Part shown: positions 1 through 12,700 of the stretch, piece after piece
Layout: each line of letters starts with the position of its first letter
Numbering within the stretch: the stretch's first letter is position 1
DNA from: Eledone cirrhosa
Taxonomy: Eukaryota
Assembly (NCBI GenBank): GCA_964016885.1
Contig: OZ024744.1
Span: 125,798,001-125,862,000 of the forward strand
Direction: 5' to 3'
DNA: 64,000 nt
Position numbers and translations under genes: made by a program
The notes under the pieces: generated by a model
The model's input: the letters and a program-made list of their open reading frames with translations, nothing else
The model's database searches: none
What the model was told of the DNA's origin: nothing

Positions 1-368
1 GTGTATTTCCAACATTTCAAACCCTATCTAGGACTACATTATCTAATGTACAGTACAGTAGTTAGTATTAGTGGCTATCAGACATAGTGTATCTAAATGC
101 AACATTTTTAACATTGTTTTTTTTTTCTTTTCTTTTCTTTTCTTATTCAGATGACAGACGGCAGAGGATACAATAGAAGAAAAGAACAATGATAATTATT
201 ATTATTATTATTGTTGTTATTCCTTGAATCTCAGTCATTGATGTTGGTTAACTGGAAAGTCCGTTGGAATGAATATCAAGCCACTACCTGCAGCCTCAGA
301 TATTCAGGACGTATCGGAGGGTTCTTGCTGTTCCAAGCAAGCATGCCTTTTGAAGCGTTCCAAAAAGC

Positions 369-615
369 GTGAAGGGGCCGATTTTCTTTAACCATCCCTG
401 GAAACTTTTGGAGATGGACAAAAAACTGGAACACAATAGACCTGACCTGGTGGTTGTGGACAAAGAAAAAAGATCGTGTCTGATTGTGGATGTGGCCTGC
501 CCGTTCAACACGAGAGTGCAAGAGAAGGAGAGGGAGAAAATTAACCGATACCAGGACCTAAAGTGGGAGGTGAAAAGGATTTGGAACTTCCATGAAGTCA
601 AAGTGATCCCGATTG
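369..615 (+). mobile_element. Fragment of RLE-type non-LTR retrotransposon (R4/Dong/NeSL-like endonuclease domain)
   Basis: HNRPDLVVVD...LIVDVACP...KEREKINRYQDL matches the PD-(D/E)xK restriction-like endonuclease motif; abuts (ATT)n. Confidence 0.75.
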
Positions 616-656
<41 letters not shown>

Positions 657-679
657 TATTATTTGTTTTATTATAATCA

Positions 680-1215
680 AAATATGCTGTTAGTTAGATC
701 TGCATTGTGTACATTTTATATAATTTATGCCAGTTCCTTTTCTACATATCGAACATGGCCATTTCCCTGACGGAATAGAGTTTTGTCCTCTTTTCTACTC
801 ATCAACACTCATTCGTGACACAAAGTACAGCCAGCGGCATCATTGCGGACAGACTTAATCCTGATTTGCACTGACACACTGCCTCGCAATACGGAACACC
901 GCACGTCTTTGATCTTCTTCCCGTCGATCAGCCTCCTTGCCATGCAAAGTACACCTGACGTCTAGCTTCTCTCTTAGCGGCGGCGGCTGTATATTCTTCT
1001 CTACTCCCACTAATTTTCCAAGCATTCCATGCTAGTCTTTAGTCTCCAATGGCCCGATCTACAGTTTCTGTCTCAACTCGTCTATGCTTGGTCGTTCCCG
1101 CACATTGACATTGCACATCCAACGGAGCATGCTTGCTTCATTTCTCTCCAGCCGTCGCATGTCCTCTGCAGTTGCTGCCCGTGTCTCACTACCATGCAGC
1201 ATCGCGCATCTAAAC
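680..1215 (-). mobile_element. Mosaic of RTE-clade LINE fragments
   Basis: GKWPCS(I)C motif and MLHGSET...RLERNEASMLRWMCNV C-terminal RTE motif on minus strand. Confidence 0.7.
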
Positions 1216-1254
1216 CTGGCCCTTACCCTAACCCCAACCTCTTTGGTTTTCGTT

Positions 1255-2090
1255 TTCTCGACGGCTAGCCGCATTTCGTGATCCGCCTTTCGATTGCGCT
1301 TCCGTCGCGGCAAAAGAATTGCCTTTCCAGACCGCCGTCGCCCGACCGGACCCATGATAGAAGACGTTCGTTACCGTTGGAGCAACGCAAATTACTCCTC
1401 GGTTGACGCCAAAAACGAACGCCTTCCCGCCTCGCGCCGCCTTCTCCTCGCCGACCCTCGGCCTCGACGATTAGCCACTTTCCGTCACAGCAGTAGATAC
1501 GCGTCCGTCGTAATAGCCGTCATTTTAACGCAGGAGAAACGCCTAATTGCCCTGCACCGCGTTTGACGGCGATCTACGACGGCGACGATGCGCGCACTCT
1601 TCCTTGCTGCGACGAAGGTTTCGGCTTTTCGTCGTGGACCCGGTCAGGTCATGCCGCTGACCTCGCGTTACGGCGACGCGAGAAGACGTTCGTTACCGCT
1701 GGAGCAACGCAAATTACTCCTCGGTTGACGCCAAAAACGAACGCCTCGCGCCGCCGCTTCCTCCTCGGCCTCGACGATTAGCCGCTTTCCGTCACAGCAG
1801 TAGATACGCGTCCATCGTAATAGCCGTCATTTTAACGCAGGAGAAACGCCTTGACGACGATATACGACGGGTCGACGACGCGCGCACTCTTTCTGCTGCG
1901 ACGAAGGTTTTGGCTTTTCGTTGTGGACCCGGTCGGGTCATGCCTCTGACCTCGCGTTGCGTCGCCACCGCCGCGGCGGGCTTGGGTTTAGCCGTAGCTA
2001 CCCTCGTTTTGCCAACGGCGACGCGAGAAGACGTTCGTTACCGCTGGAGCAACGCAAATTACTCCTCGGATGAGGCCAAAAACGAACGCT
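1255..2090 (+). repeat. Orphan, rearranged copy of the rDNA spacer/ETS-like sequence (no 18S follows)
   Basis: Shares the 169-bp repeat and ETS-like segments with 8234-9517; the ETS-like piece is duplicated. Confidence 0.85.
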
Positions 2091-2168
2091 GAAGAGATAT
2101 TGTCCATGGATATCGGGAATTTTACCCGCCCTAGATAGATAGATAGATAGGGATGTATGTATGTATGT

Positions 2169-2208
<40 letters not shown>

Positions 2209-2587
2209 GTATGTATCTTTCTCATTCTCTCTGTATGTATGTATGTATGTATATATATATAATTATATATTTATAGACATCCTGAAAGCTTTTTAAATGT
2301 CTGAGAGATTGGCTAAATATGTTTTGCAGGTATGACCAGTAAGAGAGAGGTAAGTTATTTCAAAACAATTCTTTGACCATTATTTTAAGGTACTATCTCA
2401 GTGTATTTTTAAATTGACCTCTTGATAGGATGAAATGACCTGTATAATTTTTTTCATATTTAGATGGAATAGAAGAAAAACAAGAAAAATGAAATGAATT
2501 CAAACAGAAAATATACACCAATGCCAATGGAGGTATGATTTCAGTTTAATCTTAACCTAATGACCACTTTACAGAGTGTACTGGATA

Positions 2588-2670
<83 letters not shown>

Positions 2671-3119
2671 AGGAAGCTCCAACCGTTAAGGTTGTCTTTT
2701 CCATTTATTAATATATTGTGTATTTACTCCACTAAACTGTTGAGTGCTTTATATCAGTTATAAAAAAATTTCAGCTTGTTGAATCCCAAAATAGTTGTTG
2801 AAACAGCCACAGCTCAGCCGTCGGGGTCCTGAATATTTATCATATATATATACGTATGAGTGTGTGTGTTTTGAGAATTAATAATTATATAAACAAGTTT
2901 GTAATGAACAATTTATTTCTTATCAAAACTGTATAAACATGATATTATTTACAGTAAGAATAACAATAATAATGATGGTTTCTAGTAAAGGTGGAAGGCC
3001 AGTAATTTGGGGGAGGGGAAAGTTGATTAAATCGAAGAGAGAAAGAAAGAAAAAACAGAACGGGAAGGAGAGGGGATGGCAAGAGGTCCGGTGTCGCAGG
3101 AGAGAGGGGAGGGTGGTTG

Positions 3120-3620
3120 AGCTTTGAGTCTAGGGCAAGAGGGCAGAAATGCTGCGCCCCACGGATAAGACGGCAAAAATATTCTCGCGGACGATGGCCA
3201 GAGATACCCAATGCAACAACCACCCAACCTCGCGGTGTTCCCTCCTCAGATGGGCTGCTGACTCTCCGATCTTTTGGAGGAGCTCGGCAGTACAAGGTCC
3301 AAGTACTCCTGGGGTCTCGACGTTGACTGGTGCAGAGAGGAAGTGGCCGGACAATCCTCGGTATTTGTTTATTTTACGTTCTTCTGCGAGGTGGGCTGCG
3401 ATGCCGGGGTTTGTGACCGAAACGACTTGGAAACGAAGTTGTAGGCGGAGATTGTGTCGTAGCTGGTGGTGTCCCAGATGAGGGACCTACGTCCTTCGAA
3501 TGGGAAGAGAGTGATTCCGTCGGGGCGCTTGCCATCTCCGGGACCTGTTGGCCCCAGTTGTGATGGGAAGCCAGCTGCGTCCAGGCTTCTTCTCAATATG
3601 TCGTTGACAACGACGTGTAT
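3120..3620 (-). mobile_element. Fragment of RLE non-LTR retrotransposon (CRE-like endonuclease region)
   Basis: DGKRPDGITLFPFEGRRSLIWDTT..DT and downstream VET.G.LG..LSLA motifs, frameshifted. Confidence 0.65.
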
Positions 3621-4162
3621 CTATTCAATAATTATTTGAATATTGAAATTTTAGGTTTAACTACCTTTTAAACCAAATACATTAAGAAAGGCATGACCAA
3701 CACCACATCATTTTTATTTCTATTTTGAAAGTAGGTTTATAAGTATTAAATTTCAGTAGATTCTTATATCCTTCATGGTGGTCTGGTGGGAGATACGAGA
3801 GATGGTGGAGGTTCTGGTCTGGGGTTCAATCCTGCTCAGGAGATACTCTAAGGGGGTTCATACTAAACTTCTTCAGTGTTTCTTATCTCTAGAGACAAAT
3901 ATATATACATAAGGTAATCTGGTAAAGTTGTTAGAACATCACATAGAATTCTTTGTAGTATTTTTTCCAGTTCTTCAATCTGAGTTCAACTTTACTTTTC
4001 TTCCATTCGGGGTTGATAATAACGTACCAGTCAAATACTAGGGGTTAATTCTTCCTCTATATCTCTTTCTCACTCTCTGTCTGTTTTATTAAGACCTGGA
4101 GAGGTGATGTACTCTACCAGGTTTTATAATGAGTGATGGGGTCATACCTGCCTGCTACACCT

Positions 4163-4485
4163 CTGTGTACTAAGTGTAGCATATTATATCCTTGTTCAGG
4201 GCCTTCCTGACATTACTGTGTACTAAGGGTAGCATTTTATATCCTTGTTCAGGGCCATCTTAACATTGCTGTGTACTAAGTGTAGCATATTATATCCTTG
4301 TTCGGGGCCTTCCTGACATTAGTGTGTACTGAGTGTAGATTTTAACATCCTTGTTCTGGGCCTTCCTAACATTACTGTGTACTGAGTGTAGATTTTAACA
4401 TCTTTGTTCAGAGCCTTCCTTACATTACTGTGTACTAAGTGTAGCATTTCATATACTTGTTCTGGGCCTTCCTAACGTTACTGTG
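4163..4485. repeat. 53-bp minisatellite, ~6 copies
   Basis: ctgtgtactaagtgtagc... recurs at 4163, 4216, 4269. Confidence 0.9.
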
Positions 4486-5260
4486 GAAATAGTAGTTTAT
4501 ATCCAATATGTAATATAGATATGGATTCTACAGGACTAAAACTCATTAATATGAGGGGTATTAGTAGATTATATGCCATATTTAATAGAGAAATGGCTTC
4601 TACAAGACTAAAACTCATTAATATGAGGGGTATTACAGTTTATATGCCATATTTAATACAGAAATGGCTTCTAAAGGACTAGAACTCTTTAAATTGAATA
4701 AAATAGTAGTATATATCCTATGTTTAATACAGAAATGCCTTCTAAAGGACTCATTAATATGAGGGTATTAGTAGATTATATAACATATTTAATACAGAAA
4801 TGGCTTTTAAATTCAGGGACTCGTTAATTTGATGGAAATAGTAGTGTCTATGCAATATTTAATACAGAAATAGCTTCTACAGGACTAAAACTAATTAATA
4901 TGAGGGGTATTAGTAGTATATGTGCCATATTTAATACAGAGATGGCTTCTAAATGGAGGTATCTCATTAATTCGATTGAAATGGTAGTGTATATGCAATA
5001 TTTAATACAGAAATAGCTTCTACAAGAATAAAACTCATTAATATGAAGGTTATTATTACATTATATGCCATATTTAATACAGAAATCGGTTCTAAAGGAC
5101 TAGAACTCTTTAATTCAAATCAAATAGTAGTATAAAGCAATATTTACTACAGAAATGGCTTCTACAAGACTAAAAATCCTTAATATGAGGGGTATTGTTA
5201 GATTATATACCATATTTAATACAGAAATGGCTTCTAAATGAAGAAATCTCTTTAATTCGA
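4486..5260. repeat. ~71-bp AT-rich minisatellite, ~11 copies
   Basis: atttaatacagaaatggcttcta recurs at about 71-bp period. Confidence 0.85.
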
Positions 5261-6089
5261 TAGTAATAGTAATAATAATAATAGTAATAGTAATAATACA
5301 GCCAATTTTCCACGCAATACTTTTAGTTAGCACCCCGAACGCATAATTGGGAATATAATCACTTATTTCCTAATGTTTGTTGAGTGAGTTGGGAAAAAAA
5401 ACTTGGGAAATATATTTTCAGGGTCTCAAAATCTTAAAGAGAAAAAAAAGTCCTGTGGAAGGTAGCAAAACAATTAGGAAGAAAATGGTTTGAAGTTGGT
5501 TGGTGAGTATAAGATTACAGTATCTTGTTGATTTCTATAAAGTTTACTTTTAACTGAATTGGTAAAAATGGATAAATTAGAAGACACAATATAATAACTA
5601 ATATTGTCTTCTAAAACAGGGAATAAAAATATGTTGGTGTATTGGGGGGGGGGGGGGGGTAAACATGTGAGTTAATGGGAATGTTTTTGTTTGTTTTTAT
5701 TGAAACATATTCAATCTACAGATAGGTTGTTATAGTTATTTAGTCTCGGGTCTGCCATTATCTGCAGATTTATAATTGAGGGGTGTTCCAGGTGTGACCA
5801 CCCTACATTATTCCTAGAGATTGTTACTCCTTCATTCTTCAGTCATCTTGGTCTTCTTATGAGATGGTGGTGTAGTCTTATTTATTGTTAAGGTTATGGT
5901 CTTCCTTTGTCCACACTCTCTATCTATCTATCTATCTATCTATCAAAGGCTTCCTTCTCTGGAAAAAGATGATTTAATATTCACAACCATCTGTCTAATT
6001 GTTTTCTGATGAGAATAAAGTTAATCTTGCTTGTATGTCTACCTGATCAAATGACTGGCTGATATCTTGAAGTCATTTACACCACAGAA

Positions 6090-6980
6090 CTGTAGGAGTC
6101 TTGATCCCTCAAGCCATACCTCTAGCCATCATGTACTCCAAAAGAGTCTCACCTTGGTGCTACTCAACATGTCCATTAAATTTAGCAGCAAGGATGCCCT
6201 CTTCTTAGTGAGAGACAACTACAAGAGAGGTTCTTAGAGAAGAATAAGCCACTATAGTTAACTTTTGTTGACATAGAGAACCCCGATCTGTCATCTGGTG
6301 GTCCTTAAGGAAACTAGGTGTAGGGGAATGGCTTGTGAGGACAGTGCAAGCTATGTACAAGGGTGCTGTCAGTAAAGTGAGAGGAGGAATTCCAGAAACA
6401 AAGTAGGTGTACATCAGGGTTCGGTCCTCAGTCCGCTCTTGTTCATTATAGTCCTCCCTCCCTCCCTCCCTCCCTCCCTCCCTCCAAGCCATAACAGAGG
6501 AGGAGTAGTTTAAGACTGGATGCCCATGGGAACTTCTCTATGCTGACGATCTGGTTCTTATAGCAGAATCAGTAGAGGAGCTAGCTAGAGAATAAATTCT
6601 GGCTATGGAAACAGCAGTAGTTGGAATCAAGAAGACTGAGAGTGAACCTAGCTAAGACAAAAGTGTTTATAAGTAGAAGAGAGGACAAAACTCTGATTCT
6701 GTCAGGGAAATGGCCATGTTCGATATGTAGGAAAGGAGTTGGCATAAATTCTATGAAATGTAGTACGCAATGCAGATCTTGGCTACACAAGAGATGTAGT
6801 GGGATAGCAGGAAAACTGACTGACAGGTAGGGAGAAATACGTATGCAGTAGATGTACAGGGAAATTTGACAGAGATTGCAGTGATAGACACATTTTTCAA
6901 ATGCAGGTGGGATCTATAGAGGGAGTTGATAGCTTCTGATACCTAGGTGATCAGATTAGTAAGGGAGGAGGGTGATATAA
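6090..6980 (+). mobile_element. Degenerate RTE LINE reverse-transcriptase fragment
   Basis: VGVHQGSVLSPLLF, LLYADDLVL and GKWPCSICRKGVG..KC..WLHKRCSG motifs with frameshifts. Confidence 0.85.
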
Positions 6981-7503
6981 AATATATTGTTATCATGACT
7001 GTCTTTATTATTTAAATTACCTCTGTCTATTTACAGATTTTACAGAGTGTACTGGGTGCTTTTATGATGGGAGCAGCAACTCTATACGATTTTACAGAGT
7101 GTACTTGGTGCTTTTATCATGGCACATGGCAGCAGCAGCAGCAGCAACTACGATTTTACAGAGTGTACTTGGTGCTTTTTACTCTGACATCAGCACTGAG
7201 GAAGTTGTCATATTTTCAGCTAAATTAATGAGTAGAAAAACCAAGTTTCTGCTACAAAAAATTCTCAGATTCAAGGGAGACATTCAGTTTAAGTATGGTA
7301 TACTGTCACTAAGGCAGCAAATTGGCAGAGTCGCTAGAATATCAGATAGCATTCTTTACATTATTTGTTTCAGCTCTCTGTTCTCTCAATTCAAATCCTG
7401 CTCAGGTCAACTTTGCCTTTCATCCATACAAAATAGATTAATAAAAGTACCAGTGTATTACTGGGGTCAATTCTTCTTCTAACTCTTCTGCACTTCCATT
7501 CTC

Positions 7504-7580
<77 letters not shown>

Positions 7581-7789
7581 GCTTCTTTAGAACACATCTG
7601 CTGTATTCAGACCTGGAGCGGAGATGGGCTCCACCAAGTTTTAAAAATTGCCCTTTAAGCGCTGTATGTCAATATGGTGCCCCTATGATTCCCTCCCTCA
7701 GGAGTTATGGGACCATAGATACTGTCAATTGTAAAGAATAACAGAGATATTCAGTGCTAGTGTGGTGTTCTGTCAGTTGTGGAGATTGA

Positions 7790-8010
7790 TGAATCTAAAC
7801 AGAAATATCAACAGCACTTTTCATTTCTGAGTAACACATTTGTTACCAAGTGCTGCATGGCTGGAATGAAAATCAGTGCTGTGAAAACCAAGACATTCAT
7901 CCTCTCAAGGAAGCTTGTGCAGTGCACTCTACATGTAAATGGAGTCCCACTGAAGCAGGTAGAAAAGTTCATGTATCTCGAAGCTGTGTTCACGAGTGAT
8001 GACAGAGACG
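7790..8010 (+). mobile_element. LINE RT C-terminal fragment (RTE-like)
   Basis: GMKISAVKTK...LKQVEKFMYL motif. Confidence 0.55.
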
Positions 8011-8143
8011 GCAAAGGCACAACACACAACAGAAGAAAAGAACAATGACAATTATTATTATTATTATTATTATTATTATTTGTTTTATTAGTTTTATTAT
8101 AATAAAAATTGTGCTGTTAGTTTGCTTGCTATACCATCATGTA

Positions 8144-8236
8144 CCCTAACCCTAAACCTAACCCCAACTCCAACTCTGACCCTAAACCTAACCCCAACCC
8201 CAACCCCAACCCTAACCCTAACCCTAACCCTAACCC
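8144..8236. repeat. Interstitial telomeric tract (CCCTAA)n with variants
   Basis: Perfect CCCTAA units next to the spacer repeat, degenerate units further left. Confidence 0.9.
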
Positions 8237-9160
8237 ACGATAGAAGACGTTCGTTACCGCTGGAGCAACGCAAATTACTCCTCGGTTGACGCCAAAAACG
8301 AACGCCTTCTCGACGGCTAGCCGCATTTCGTGATCCGCCTTTCGATTGCGCTTCCGTCGCGGAAAAAGAATTGCCTTTATAGGCCGCCGCCGCCCGACCG
8401 GACCCACGATAGAAGACGTTCGTTACCGCTGGAGCAACGCAAATTACTCCTCGGTTGACGCCAAAAACGAACGCCTTCTCGACGGCTAGCCGCATTTCGT
8501 GATCCGCCTTTCGATTGCGCTTCCGTCGCGGAAAAAGAATTGCCTTTATAGGCCGCCGCCGCCGCCCGACCGGACCCACGATAGAAGACGTTCGTTACCG
8601 CTGGAGCAACGCAAATTACTCCTCGGTTGACGCCAAAAACGAACGCCTTCTCGACGGCTAGCCGCATTTCGTGATCCGCCTTTCGATTGCGCTTCCGTCG
8701 CGGAAAAAGAATTGCCTTTATAGGCCGCCGCCGCCCGACCGGACCCACGATAGAAGACGTTCGTTACCGCTGGAGCAACGCAAATTACTCCTCGGTTGAC
8801 GCCAAAAACGAACGCCTTCTCGACGGCTAGCCGCATTTCGTGATCCGCCTTTCGATTGCGCTTCCGTCGCGGAAAAAGAATTGCCTTTATAGGCCGCCGC
8901 CGCCCGACCGGACCCACGATAGAAGACGTTCGTTACCGCTGGAGCAACGCAAATTACTCCTCGGTTGACGCCAAAAACGAACGCCTTCTCGACGGCTAGC
9001 CGCATTTCGTGATCCGCCTTTCGATTGCGCTTCCGTCGCGGAAAAAGAATTGCCTTTATAGGCCGCCGCCGCCGCCCGACCGGACCCACGATAGAAGACG
9101 TTCGTTACCGCTGGAGCAACGCAAATTACTCCTCGGTTGACGCCAAAAACGAACGCCTTC
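8234..9160 (+). repeat. 169/172-bp tandem repeats (5 plus a partial), putative rDNA IGS subrepeats or spacer promoters
   Basis: Units start at 8234, 8403, 8575, 8744, 8913, 9085; they differ by one GCC; each full unit contains CTTTATAGG; array lies upstream of the 18S 5' end. Confidence 0.85.
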
Positions 9161-9517
9161 CGGTTCGGGCGACGTAAAAGTCTGTAGCCTTTTCGCCGAT
9201 CCTCGACGATTATCCGCCTTCCGAACAACCGCCTTTCCGCCGTCACAGCAGTAGGTACTCGTCCGTCGTAATAGCCGTCATTTTAATGCAGGAGAAACGC
9301 CTAAATGCACTGCGATTGACGACGATCTACGACGCGCTTACTCTTCCTTGCTGCGACGAAGGTTTCGTTCGGCTTTTCGTCGTGGACCCGGTCAGGTCAT
9401 GCCGCTGATCTCGCGTTGCGTCGTTACCGCTGGAGCAACGCAAATTACTCCTCGTTTAACGCCAACATCGAACGCGCTTCGGTTCTCGGTCGTCGTTGTT
9501 TTGTTTCGTGCGGAAGA
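9161..9517 (+). other. 5' ETS-like CpG-rich segment
   Basis: Lies between the spacer repeats and the 18S start; assignment is positional. Confidence 0.55.
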
Positions 9518-9702
9518 TACCTGGGTGATCCTGCCAGTAGTCATATGCTTGTCTCAAAGCTTAAGCCATGCAAGTGGAAGTTCATGCCGTAAACGAAAAT
9601 GGTGAAACCGCGAATGGCTCAGGAACCGGATCTAATCCTCGGGACCGTATTCCTCACCGCGAGGAGAGGATAACTGTGGCAATTCTAGAGCTAATACATG
9701 CA
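9518..9702 (+). pseudogene. 18S rRNA 5' fragment (pseudogene)
   Basis: TACCTGGGTGATCCTGCCAGTAGTCATATGCTTGTCTCAAAG...GGATAACTGTGGCAATTCTAGAGCTAATACATGC is the eukaryotic SSU 5' end, then truncated. Confidence 0.93.
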
Positions 9703-9706
9703 ATTG

Positions 9707-12700
9707 AGATCGGAGAGGGAGCGATCCGTCTGCTTGATTCCGATAACGAACGAGACATTCGTATCCGAAAGAACGTTTGTCTGGAAACTGGTGCAGTCAG
9801 TGAGTCGAAAAAAAAATATCTCGGTGGTAGTAGCAAATATTCGAACGAGACATTCGTATGCGAAAGAACGTTTGTCGGTGGTAGTAGCAAATATTCGAAC
9901 GAGACATTCGTATGCGAAAGAACGTTTGTCTGGAAGTGGCGATCCATGCCCGGTGGATAGTTGGTTCCGGGTTTTACTATGATTGTTGCAAAACAGAAAC
10001 TTAAAGGGATTGACAGAATTTGCGATTCCGGAGAGAGGGCGATCCGTCTGCTTGATTCCGATAACGAACGAGACATTCGTATCCGAAAGAACGTTTGTCT
10101 GGAAACTGGTGAGTCAGTGAGTCGAAAAAAAAATATCTCGGTGGTAGTAGCAAATATTCGTATGCGAAAGAAAAGATCTCGGTGGTAGTAGCAAATATTC
10201 GAACGAGACATTCGTAGGCGAAAGAACGTTTGTCGGTGGTAGTAGCAAATATTCGAACGAGACATTCGTATGCGAAAGAACGTTTGTCGGTGGTAGTAGC
10301 AAATATTCGAACGAGACATTCGTATGCGAAAGAACGTTTGTCTGGAAGTGGCGATCCATGCCCGGTGGATAGTTGGTTCCGGGTTTTACTATGATTGTTG
10401 CAAAACAGAAACTTAAAGGGATTGACAGAATTTGCGATTACGGAGAGGGGGCGATCCGTCTGCTTGATTCCGATAACGAACGAGACATTCGTATCCGAAA
10501 GAACGTTTGTCTGGAAACTGGTGAGTCAGTGAGTCGAAAAAAAAAATATCTCGGTGGTAGTAGCAAATATTCGAACGAGACATTAGTATGCGAAAGAACG
10601 TTTGTCGGTGGTAGTAGCAAATATTCGAACGAGACATTCGTATGCGAAAGAACGTTTGTCGGTGGTAGTAGCAAATATTCGAACGAGACATTCGTATCCG
10701 AAAGAACGTTTGTCTGGAAACTGGTGAGTCAGTGAGTCGAAAAAAAAAATATCTCGGTGGTAGTAGCAAATATTCGAACGAGACATTCGTATGCGAAAGA
10801 ACGTTTGTCGGTGGTAGTAGCAAATATTCGAACGAGACATTCGTATGCGAAAGAACGTTTGTCTGGAAGTGGCGATCCATGCCCGGTGGATAGTTGGTTC
10901 CGGGTTTTACTATGATTGTTGCAAAACAGAAACTTAAAGGGATTGACAGAATTTGCGATTCCGGAGAGGGGGCGATCCGTCTGCTTGATTCCGATAACGA
11001 ACGAGACATTCGTATCCGAAAGAACGTTTGTCTGGAAACTGGTGAGTCAGTGAGTCGAAAAAAAAATATCTCGGTGGTAGTAGCAAATATTCGAACGAGA
11101 CATTCGTATGCGAAAGAACGTTTGTCGGTGGTAGTAGCAAATATTCGAACGAGACATTCGTATGCGAAAGAACGTTTGTCTGGAAGTGGCGATCCATGCC
11201 CGGTGGATAGTTGGTTCCGGGTTTTACTATGATTGTTGCAAAACAGAAACTTAAAGGGATTGACAGAATTTGCGATTACGGAGAGGGGGCGATCCGTCTG
11301 CTTGATTCCGATAACGAACGAGACATTCGTATCCGAAAGAACGTTTGTCTGGGAACTGGTGAGTCAGTGAGTCGAAAAAAAAATATCTCGGTGGTAGTAG
11401 CAAATATTCGTATGCGAAAGAAAAGATCTCGGTGGTAGTAGCAAATATTCGAACGAGACATTCGTAGGCGAAAGAAAAATATCTCGGTGGTAGTAGCAAA
11501 TATTCGAACGAGACATTCGTATTCGAAAGAACGTTTGTCTGGAAGTTGCGATCCATGCCCGGTGGATAGTTGGTTCCGGGTTTTACTATGATTGTTGCAA
11601 AACAGAAACTTAAAGGGATTGACAGAATTTGCGATTCCGGAGAGGGGGCGATCCGTCTGCTTGATTCCGATAACGAACGAGACATTCGTATCCGAAAGAA
11701 CGTTTGTCTGGAAACTGGTGAGTCAGTGAGTCGAAAAAAAAAATATCTCGGTGGTAGTAGCAAATATTCGAACGAGACATTCGTATGCGAAAGAACGTTT
11801 GTCGGTGGTAGTAGCAAATATTCGAACGAGACATTCGTATGCGAAAGAACGTTTGTCGGTGGTAGTAGCAAATATTCGAACGAGACATTCGTATTCGAAA
11901 GAACGTTTGTCTGGAAGTGGCGATCCATGCCCGGTGGATAGTTGGTTCCGGGCTTTACTATGATTGTTGCAAAACAGAAACTTAAAGGGATTGACAGAAT
12001 TTGCGATTCCGGAGAGGGGGCGATCCGTCTGCTTGATTTCGATAACGAACGAGACATTCGTATCCGAAAGAACGTTTGTCTGGAAACTGGTGAGTCAGTG
12101 AGTCGAAAAAAAAAATATCTCGGTGGTAGTAGCAAATATTCGAACGAGACATTCGTATGCGAAAGAACGTTTGTCGGTGGTAGTAGCAAATATTCGAACG
12201 AGACATTCGTATGCGAAAGAACGTTTGTCGGTGGTAGTAGCAAATATTCGAACGAGACATTCGTATGCGAAAGAACGTTTGTCTGGAAGTGGCGATCCAT
12301 GCCCGGTGGATAGTTGGTTCCGGGTTTTACTATGATTGTTGCAAAACAGAAACTTAAAGGGATTGACAGAATTTGCGATTCCGGAGAGAGGGCGATCCGT
12401 CTGCTTGATTCCGATAACGAACGAGACATTCGTATCCGAAAGAACGTTTGTCTGGAAACTGGTGAGTCAGTGAGTCGAAAAAAAAATATCTCGGTGGTAG
12501 TAGCAAATATTCGTATGCGAAAGAAAAGATCTCGGTGGTAGTAGCAAATATTCGAACGAGACATTCGTATGCGAAAGAAAAATATCTCGGTGGTAGTAGC
12601 AAATATTCGAACGAGACATTCGTATTCGAAAGAACGTTTGTCTGGAAGTGGCGATCCATGCCCGGTGGATAGTTGGTTCCGGGTTTTACTATGATTGTTG

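Noticed and set aside
369-3620. R2-like rDNA-targeting insertion linked to the pseudo-rDNA
   Set aside because: The RLE fragments are short, lie outside rRNA sequence, and no R2 28S target site is visible.
8097-9246. Repeated 119-160 aa Arg-rich ORFs
   Set aside because: By-products of the GC-rich 169/172-bp repeat.
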